Assembly: GCA_001002415.1 (NCBI GenBank)
Contig: LCMB01000003.1
Coordinates: 12,489-76,488 of the forward strand
Direction of reading: 5' to 3'
From: Microgenomates group bacterium GW2011_GWF2_46_18
Lineage (GTDB): Bacteria > Patescibacteriota > Microgenomatia > UBA1400 > UBA12108
DNA length: 64,000 nt
Positions 59,301 to 64,000 of the stretch are shown here, piece after piece. The first letter of the stretch is position 1; each line of letters begins with the position of its first letter. A program made the translations under genes and the position numbers. The notes under the pieces were generated by a model. The model saw only the letters and a list, made by a program, of their open reading frames with translations. It did no database searches and was not told where the DNA came from.

Positions 59301-60444
59301 TAAAGGCTGCCGGCGCCACCGCCCTCGACTCCCAGGTCTTACTCGTCAGGTTATAACGATAGAAAGTGGTGGTGTTGGCTCCTCTCGGTTGATAAATATA
59401 TCCCCCGTAATACACCAAATCCGAACCCGATCCTGGAGCCAGAGTCATATCTACCGGTCCCAAATACCCATCTGTATCTGGATCATACTTCCAAAATTCA
59501 TACGTTCCATTTCCTCTAAACACATAGATCATGTCATCTATCGCGTTATACACGCTCCCCACATAACGCGAAGCTTGGGGTAAGACCGCCATCGTGCTCC
59601 AACTATTGCCCGCAATGTCGTATCGATACATTGTGGTGGTATTTCCATTCAAAGTAATGTAGATATACGCTCCTCTGATAGCTGCATGACTGTCTTCCGC
59701 AATCACCGCCGTCATATTTGTCATGGTGGACCACGTTCCCGCCGCCACTGAATATCGATACATGGTATTAGTCGACACTCCGCGCAGAGTGTAAAAATAC
59801 CCGTCGTTATACACCAATGAGGCTCCGTAATTAATCGTTGCCGGCGTCCCCGTTAACATACTCCACTCACCCGTGCTAGTCGTATATTTCCAAAAGTCAG
59901 TCGTACTATTACCATGCAAGGCATAAATATCCGTTCCGTTCGTCGCCAAACTACCTCCGCGGTAAACCAAGTCGGGTGTATCTGCTAACTCGGTCCAAGT
60001 ATTATTAGTTATGTCGTACCTGGCATACTCTTTTTGATACCCCCCAAACATGGCGTAAAGATATCCATCCAAATACACCATATCTGAGCCGTATCCCGCC
60101 GAGTAAGGAGCCGAAGCCAAAACTTCCCACCGATTAGTTGCCTGATGGTATCTCGCAAACCACGTGTCATATCCTGCCAAGACATAGACATACTCCCCAT
60201 CCGACTCAATCGCTGTCCCTGTCGTCAACGGTAGTTCCGGTGTCTGCCAGGCTCTCTGTTCCCACTCTCCCGCTGATCTTAGCTTAATCTCCCCTGCCGA
60301 ACTCTCCCCGGTTACCCCATTAAATACCCCCGTCTCCCACTCCGCAGTCTCGCTGTAATCAAAGCTTGTAGCCTTCACATTAACCACCCCTCCCAAGATG
60401 AGAAGTCCACTCAACACCAATACTTGACCGACTCGTTTAATCAT
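53377..60444 (-). CDS. Giant surface protein (Kelch-like propellers plus FN3 repeats), 2355 aa
   Basis: Repeated GG.L.Y.G..IY...G....F..YD.....W; signal peptide; FN3 C-terminal region. Confidence 0.87.
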   Translation of the reverse strand: MIKRVGQVLVLSGLLILGGVVNVKATSFDYSETAEWETGVFNGVTGESSAGEIKLRSAGEWEQRAWQTPELPLTTGTAIESDGEYVYVLAGYDTWFARYHQATNRWEVLASAPYSAGYGSDMVYLDGYLYAMFGGYQKEYARYDITNNTWTELADTPDLVYRGGSLATNGTDIYALHGNSTTDFWKYTTSTGEWSMLTGTPATINYGASLVYNDGYFYTLRGVSTNTMYRYSVAAGTWSTMTNMTAVIAEDSHAAIRGAYIYITLNGNTTTMYRYDIAGNSWSTMAVLPQASRYVGSVYNAIDDMIYVFRGNGTYEFWKYDPDTDGYLGPVDMTLAPGSGSDLVYYGGYIYQPRGANTTTFYRYNLTSKTWESRAVAPAAFNDDTTGVVAGSYLYFFQGSNTTNFYRYDPAADSWATMAVAPANVNYGGSLAYPGSGDYLYATVGGYTLKHYRYSISGNSWEDTPTDLPNNSEASYGARLFSDGTNLYYVSGSRTGFLLKYTISTDTWSEVASLPYAPYWGSDAVYWDGNIYIQAGYYKGQFWRYNISSGEWLYLDSLNEYYGYHQGAYNGGALVVDTINAILYSAVGASILNMASYSIDANDYLASGTWISPVEDLTYVTAWTSLVETATKPGDSSISYETRTSADKVTWGEWTAVAGTTIGSSVNRYIQVRATLTASTDRTETPTLTALTINYQGDVTAPTAPTTFTGKSSEVGGSTLVSGSSYRYNYPYFSWSGASDAETSVAGYYVYFGTNASADPITAGNYQTTSDYVVTSNLTTGTYYLRVVAKDSAGNTSSVASGFTYGYQGVVATSVAYTSSGDFAGSTVDNMTITGDEIKLAGKAGFWREEAPGLIPAAPYYGSSTAYVSTSSKLYTLRGYNTANFYSYDIASSTWSTLADTPAVVHYGGKIVEGPGGYLYAFAGNQTSTFWRYDIAQNTWDDAAATDSPLTIYYDSALVYDGTQYIYALRGTSDDAFMRYNTTNDSWESMANVDFGATTEQISNLINYGAALTYDGADTIYALQGTQYTGLAAYSISTNTWTQLAKTPHNVYQGGHLQYDTTSNALYMIPGGGKPYLYKYAIASDTWSQLDEAPWTLGLGSSMRNAGGKLYAVRGMATTSMAIYDIAKAEWLVPERGFFREMFFGSDLATQGYGADIIKGDGSNYYLTRGNQDSTFVKYDPTTGIATELADVPGGMYLGGALVYDSTAEKIYASTSNINNNFYVYDIATNVWSREADDLLPVDPGAGSSLAYDGSRYIYYARGAGTTSFYRFDTQGSAGNKWSTLTNITATVSYGAQLVYKDGYLYIMRGSAVNPNPLYRYDVAGGSWSTLTALSDSVYNDGFLVDSGGDYLYACKGYNTASCYRYSVSGDSWSAIANFPGAIYYGGAAASDGSGKMYVLPGPGTNSYANGLYTYVMESSTTSFEEAGSYQSATIDLGEVYRLANLTLTYSSATNNTLTVSTRTSTDGVVWDAWVSANEEKAVGTSYEYKINSTVQRYLQVQFELASSDGIYSGVIADYSIKYYSDTTPPTNASELSAYTTATASASMVTNTWYNHTSPYFDWPDAEVTGGASDTETGSAIVGYYVYFGSDSDADPETAGTLITPSSFTASSLVTGSTYYLRIKSKDDAGNVSGTAWQPFIYKYDNEAPNVPTGLAADPSGYTAVNDFDFSWESATDSASGGIEYCYKTATASGTLASDQCTSGVSVTGITGYQTGTNTFYVRSRDTAGNYSSYTTGSFYYNNGAPSAPTSLTVTPETNTVNSFEFEWEAPVAYYGSLVNLQYYYSVNALPTESSVTRAYSNSLGASAYATLPGENTLYVVVMDEAGNVDYDNYASVTFTANTTAPGIPLNADIADVSVKASSAWKLALTWESPSSVGAGVASYQVYRSTDGVTYTQRASTSGISYVDTGLSQITYYYKIRACDSANNCGAFSSAVSLYPDGKYTTAAPLVGEPEVGEITTKKAEVDWTTSRTADSKVAYGTASGDYFDEEVGNSDQVTVHSLTLNNLSPGATYYFVAKWTDEDGNLGSSEEYTFATDPAPTAKEVKAVSIGLDTVNIQFTSKDASKAKVYYGTTTAFGGYSEMGVGTAESTYTVQLTGLADGTKYYYKVSLFDSENNEYEGDTYSFETLPRPRIDLVKLQQVKGTATGTILVTWVTNTPISSIITYYPSANPSAAQDNIDVKLVTAHRALISGLLPNTAYTMVVKGRDKVGNEAVASAQTFSTASDTRPPSIANLKVEPVILGVGEEATAQLVVSWDTDELSTSQVAYGEGSGGSLGSKTQQDSNRTFNHLVVISNLQPSKVYHLKALSMDEASNEATSVDRVVITPKETKSALNLVVSNLSQAFGFLGGIAGN

Positions 60445-61069
60445 TTGTCTCTATTTCTTCCAATGGATAAATTAATGATTCCTGATTAACCACGTATGGT
60501 TCATTTTCGCTTTGCCCATATTCCTCTTCTCCTACTACCAGATAAAATTTAATTTCTTTCCCCTCTTCCACCTCCAATAACAAATCGTGCTCTTTTGTCT
60601 CCACATTCCCTTCATTAGCTACCATTACTCTCTCAATTGACTCTCCCTGATAACCCCAGACCATAATCCCCAAGGTCTTATCATAAGTTTGCCACCTGAC
60701 TCGCACCAATGTTTCCCCCAACCGCTCAATCCGTACGTCTTGAGGATACTCAATTTTTAGCACCCGATAATTTACATATACTTGTAGTACCACTAGTGCC
60801 ACAAACACCAATCCATCTACAATCCACCAACCCAACCACCTCACAAACTCAAATCGTCCAGTTTTCCGCGCCCTCACTAACAATCTAATTAATTGATATA
60901 GCCACAAGATACTCACCAGCACCCAAGATACCCAAATTATTTTCAGATCATGGCTGTGCAAATTATCCCGATACTGTTGATTTAGTACCGACGAAACTAC
61001 TAGCGCCGAATCTTGGTAAACCTGCGCCCCCATTATTTTTCCTGTTTCGATCCACTCAAAATTTGCCAT
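60437..61069 (-). CDS. Membrane protein with a C-terminal FN3-like domain
   Basis: Two TM helices, then VRVRWQT...WG...H. Confidence 0.6.
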   Translation of the reverse strand: MANFEWIETGKIMGAQVYQDSALVVSSVLNQQYRDNLHSHDLKIIWVSWVLVSILWLYQLIRLLVRARKTGRFEFVRWLGWWIVDGLVFVALVVLQVYVNYRVLKIEYPQDVRIERLGETLVRVRWQTYDKTLGIMVWGYQGESIERVMVANEGNVETKEHDLLLEVEEGKEIKFYLVVGEEEYGQSENEPYVVNQESLIYPLEEIETND

Positions 61070-61070
61070 A

Positions 61071-61367
61071 TTAGTAACTCGCAAGTAACCTTGCGACCTC
61101 CTTTTTGGTTTTAATCAGATCTAATATCTGGGTATTCAACTTCCACCTAAGTCCCACCTTATCCTGGGCTTTCCCCATCGGCTCAATCAAACTAATCCCC
61201 CGAAATCTAGTTCGCGACAAACTCGACAATACTCCCCCCAAAACCTTCTTTTTGAGAGGAGTTCCCGCCTCCATTTGTCTTACTGTCAAAATTTTCTCCC
61301 CACCCTGAAGAAAATAAGCTAGTAACAACAACTGGTTATAACTCAACCGCGCGATTTTATTCTGCAC
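61071..61367 (-). CDS. Small putative winged-helix DNA-binding protein
   Basis: Basic 98-aa ORF with LGGVLSSLSR...LIEP...RWKL. Confidence 0.55.
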   Translation of the reverse strand: MQNKIARLSYNQLLLLAYFLQGGEKILTVRQMEAGTPLKKKVLGGVLSSLSRTRFRGISLIEPMGKAQDKVGLRWKLNTQILDLIKTKKEVARLLASY

Positions 61368-61458
61368 TTACCAGAGACTAGCATACTACTCGTTCTTATG
61401 CAACTATCAGTAGTTTATATAGTTTATATAGCTAACATTCTTTAATCTCTGGATACGA

Positions 61459-62352
61459 TTAGAAATTAACCTCGATTATGCCTTCCTGATCCGTCCGAGC
61501 AATTTCTGTCCCAACTCGCTCTAACCTCTCTAATGTTTCCTGTGTCGGGTGCCCATAGCGATTCCCCTTCCCCACACTAATGATCGCCAATTCTGGTTTG
61601 ATTCTTTCCAAAAATGGGAGAGTACTGGCATACTTTGATCCATGATGACCTACTTTGAGGATATCTATGTCAGGTAACCCTCCCAACTCCAATAAGGTTT
61701 TCTCTGTCTGGTCACCCGCATCTCCCATGAGGAGAATTTTTCGATTATCCTCTAGTAAGAGCAAAACAACACTCCGCTCGTTCACCTTTCCCTCCTTGGC
61801 ACTTGCACCTAGTATCTGCTCGCGCATATTTTTTTCCATTTGTTGGCTAAACACCGCCACATATTCCCTGTTTGTTTCTCTCGGCCACACTACCTCCAAT
61901 TCTATTTTGCTCTCCTCCCCCACTCGTCCCACTCGTAGTTTTTGCCCTCGCTCAACTCCTGTTACCGGGATTTGTTGCTCAATCAAAATCTCTCTCAATT
62001 TGGTAAGAGTACTACTTGCTCGCACCCCATCAGCTGTTACAAACTGTATCACCTCATATCTTTCTATTACAGGTATCAACCCCGCCAAATGGTCGTGATC
62101 CGTATTGGTCAACACTATAAGTTCGATTCTCCGATCATAGAAGGGCAAGTATTTTTCCAGGCAGGTCAAAATTTTCTCCTGACTTGGTCCTCCATCCACC
62201 AGTACTTGGTTACTACCCTTGATCAAAAGGATCGCATCCCCCTGCCCCACATCACACACTACCAAGTGTATTCGTTCATCAGGCATCTGACCTAGGATCA
62301 GAATTATCAACCCCACTAGTAACCCAACTCCATACCACCAACCTTTGTTCAT
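61459..62352 (-). CDS. ComEC/Rec2 metallo-beta-lactamase domain protein
   Basis: CDVGQGDA, TNTDHDH, N..SVV, LMGDA, KVGHHGS, YGHP. Confidence 0.9.
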   Translation of the reverse strand: MNKGWWYGVGLLVGLIILILGQMPDERIHLVVCDVGQGDAILLIKGSNQVLVDGGPSQEKILTCLEKYLPFYDRRIELIVLTNTDHDHLAGLIPVIERYEVIQFVTADGVRASSTLTKLREILIEQQIPVTGVERGQKLRVGRVGEESKIELEVVWPRETNREYVAVFSQQMEKNMREQILGASAKEGKVNERSVVLLLLEDNRKILLMGDAGDQTEKTLLELGGLPDIDILKVGHHGSKYASTLPFLERIKPELAIISVGKGNRYGHPTQETLERLERVGTEIARTDQEGIIEVNF

Positions 62353-63497
62353 AAATTACCCCACCATTCAATAACTCTCACCATCCACCATAGAGGCACG
62401 TACAAAATCCATCCGATCACCTGCCCCACTCGCATGCTCAAACTTCCGGCCCCCACTACGACTGCCGCCAGCAACATTATTAGTGGCACGATCGGTAAAA
62501 TTAGTAAATTAACGATCGGGGAGATCCACGCTACTCTCCCGAAATGCCACCAAATAATCGGTGCCGTCGCTACACTCGCCGCCACCGTCGGATAAATGTA
62601 CTCCGCTCCCAGCCCCACCTTAACCTTGTGCAACTTTGGCTCTAAATATAATAATCCTGCCGTCGCCGAAACTGACAATTGCCACCCTACATCTGCAATT
62701 AGCAGTGGGTTTATTAACAACATGCCGTAAGCCGCCACCCATAGTAGCCTTTTGGCTTCCGTCGGCCTCCCCCAAAAATATGCCATCAAAGTTAGGCTCC
62801 CCATAATCCCCGCTCTAACCACGGACGCCGACCCTCCAGCTAATCCGACATACACTCCAATCCCCGTGATCCCCACAATCGTAGCCACTCCCCGGCTGAA
62901 CCATCGCTTAAATAGACTCATCAATACTCCCGCCACAATCATCACGTTAAATCCCGAAGCCGCAATCACATGGAGCGTGCCTGTTGCCACCAATTGGTCA
63001 TAAAATTCTCGGGGCATCTCTCCCCTCACCCCCAAGAGTATTCCCGCACCCAAGCTGGACATGGGCTCTGGCAGGGTTTTTTCCAATATGGTTACCCACT
63101 TCTTCCTCCATTTTCCCAACCCAATCTGGATCACTTCAATCAAAGATAACCTCCTTTGGTTTTCTCTCTCGATAATCTCAAAATTCGGATCCATCATTTT
63201 AATTTGCCGCTCTTTCCCTCCTAGCAATAACGGGATAACGCTGCCAACAAAGCGGACCTTGTCCCCTTGGTTAATTCCTGCATCACTCTTTAGTTTGATA
63301 TACCATCTTCCCTGGCGTATGATCACATTTGATTCAGTCTGTTCTGGTTTATCCAAGATCGGTGCGGTAAAACTGACCACCGATTCGGGTGTCCAACTCG
63401 TCGGTAAGATTTTCGGTAAACTTACCCATCTCAGCCACAAAATTATCAATAAAATAACAAACATGCCGAGATTTGCAGAAGAAAATTTACTTTTCAT
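62349..63497 (-). CDS. comEC: ComEC competence membrane domain protein
   Basis: GTLHVIAASGFN, SVVRAGIM, DVGWQLS. Confidence 0.88.
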   Translation of the reverse strand: MKSKFSSANLGMFVILLIILWLRWVSLPKILPTSWTPESVVSFTAPILDKPEQTESNVIIRQGRWYIKLKSDAGINQGDKVRFVGSVIPLLLGGKERQIKMMDPNFEIIERENQRRLSLIEVIQIGLGKWRKKWVTILEKTLPEPMSSLGAGILLGVRGEMPREFYDQLVATGTLHVIAASGFNVMIVAGVLMSLFKRWFSRGVATIVGITGIGVYVGLAGGSASVVRAGIMGSLTLMAYFWGRPTEAKRLLWVAAYGMLLINPLLIADVGWQLSVSATAGLLYLEPKLHKVKVGLGAEYIYPTVAASVATAPIIWWHFGRVAWISPIVNLLILPIVPLIMLLAAVVVGAGSLSMRVGQVIGWILYVPLWWMVRVIEWWGNL

Positions 63498-63498
63498 T

Positions 63499-64000
63499 TC
63501 AATACACACTCACCTGATCTTTGATTTTCTCATACACACTCTCTGGTATCTTGGCTTTACTCACCAACTCCTCCGTACTCCCATATGGTCGGTTCGCGAC
63601 AATCGCCTGTGCTCTCACCTCCCCAATCCCCGTTAGTTTATCCAATTCTGCCACACTCGCTGTATTGATATTAATTGTTTTCGCTTGATTACTTATTGTT
63701 TGGTTATTGGTTATTGGAATTTGGTTATTAATTTCGTTTCTCGTGGGTATATAGATTTTCCCGCCATCCTTTATTTCTTGTGCCAAATTCATCGTTTGTG
63801 CCACCCACTGTCTGTCCGCCTCAGCCGATAACCCTCCCGCCAAAACAAGCGCGTCTCCGATCCTCGCTCCCGTTGGCAATTTATAGACTCCCGGCGTAAT
63901 CACCTCGCCGCCCACGTCAACCACAATCTCACCCCCTTTTTCTATTGAACTTGATTGCACAATTTCCACCACTGCCGGCTCCGGCCAAATCACTCCCCAC
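63499..64000 (-). CDS. comEA: ComEA DNA receptor (5'-truncated)
   Basis: VDVGGEVITPGVY (SLBB), ININTAS..ELDKLTGIGEVRAQAI (HhH). Confidence 0.9.
   Translation of the reverse strand, partial: WGVIWPEPAVVEIVQSSSIEKGGEIVVDVGGEVITPGVYKLPTGARIGDALVLAGGLSAEADRQWVAQTMNLAQEIKDGGKIYIPTRNEINNQIPITNNQTISNQAKTININTASVAELDKLTGIGEVRAQAIVANRPYGSTEELVSKAKIPESVYEKIKDQVSVY

Noticed and set aside
3374-63636. Numerous 60-200 aa antisense or nested ORFs in the ORF track (e.g. 4301..4819, 24446..25021, 35638..36174, 38181..38795, 53881..54441)
   Set aside because: They overlap well-supported genes, mostly on the opposite strand, and carry no motifs

Overview
64 kb of a compact bacterial chromosome using the standard genetic code (TGA stops, tRNA-Trp(CCA)). 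Gene content and style suggest a CPR/Patescibacteria (Microgenomates-like) genome; this is an inference from the stand-alone VirB4/TraG-like ATPase, split ComEC plus ComEA, MerR/BldC-like HTHs, PEGA protein, giant FN3/Kelch surface proteins and apparently leaderless genes. The core content is fmt, rpmB, queA, rpmG, mrdA, galU, frr, secE-nusG-rplK-rplA-rplJ-rplL (interrupted by antisense genes), dus, tagA, mreB, ndk, argS and 7 tRNAs. The best candidate for an undescribed system lies at 8.9-13.4 kb. There, tRNA-Trp is followed by a tandem, integrase-less array of five compact gene cassettes. The cassettes are separated by a ~54-bp recombination-site-like repeat: its left arm resembles the tRNA 3' end with a 5-bp longer spacer, and its 22-bp right core occurs in both orientations. 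A GIY-YIG nuclease with a duplicated tRNA 5' half lies just upstream, and REP-like hairpins sit at the first and last junctions. Other highlights are a 62-nt structured leader duplicated in front of two different tRNAs, an ALG10-like glucosyltransferase, two giant surface proteins with a shared C-terminal tail next to a MacB-type ABC transporter, an L1 with an HhH-like N-terminal extension and a candidate ~140-nt ncRNA. Several short deletions (argS, ndk, a GT-C gene) are probably assembly errors. No CRISPR array, rRNA or transposase was seen.
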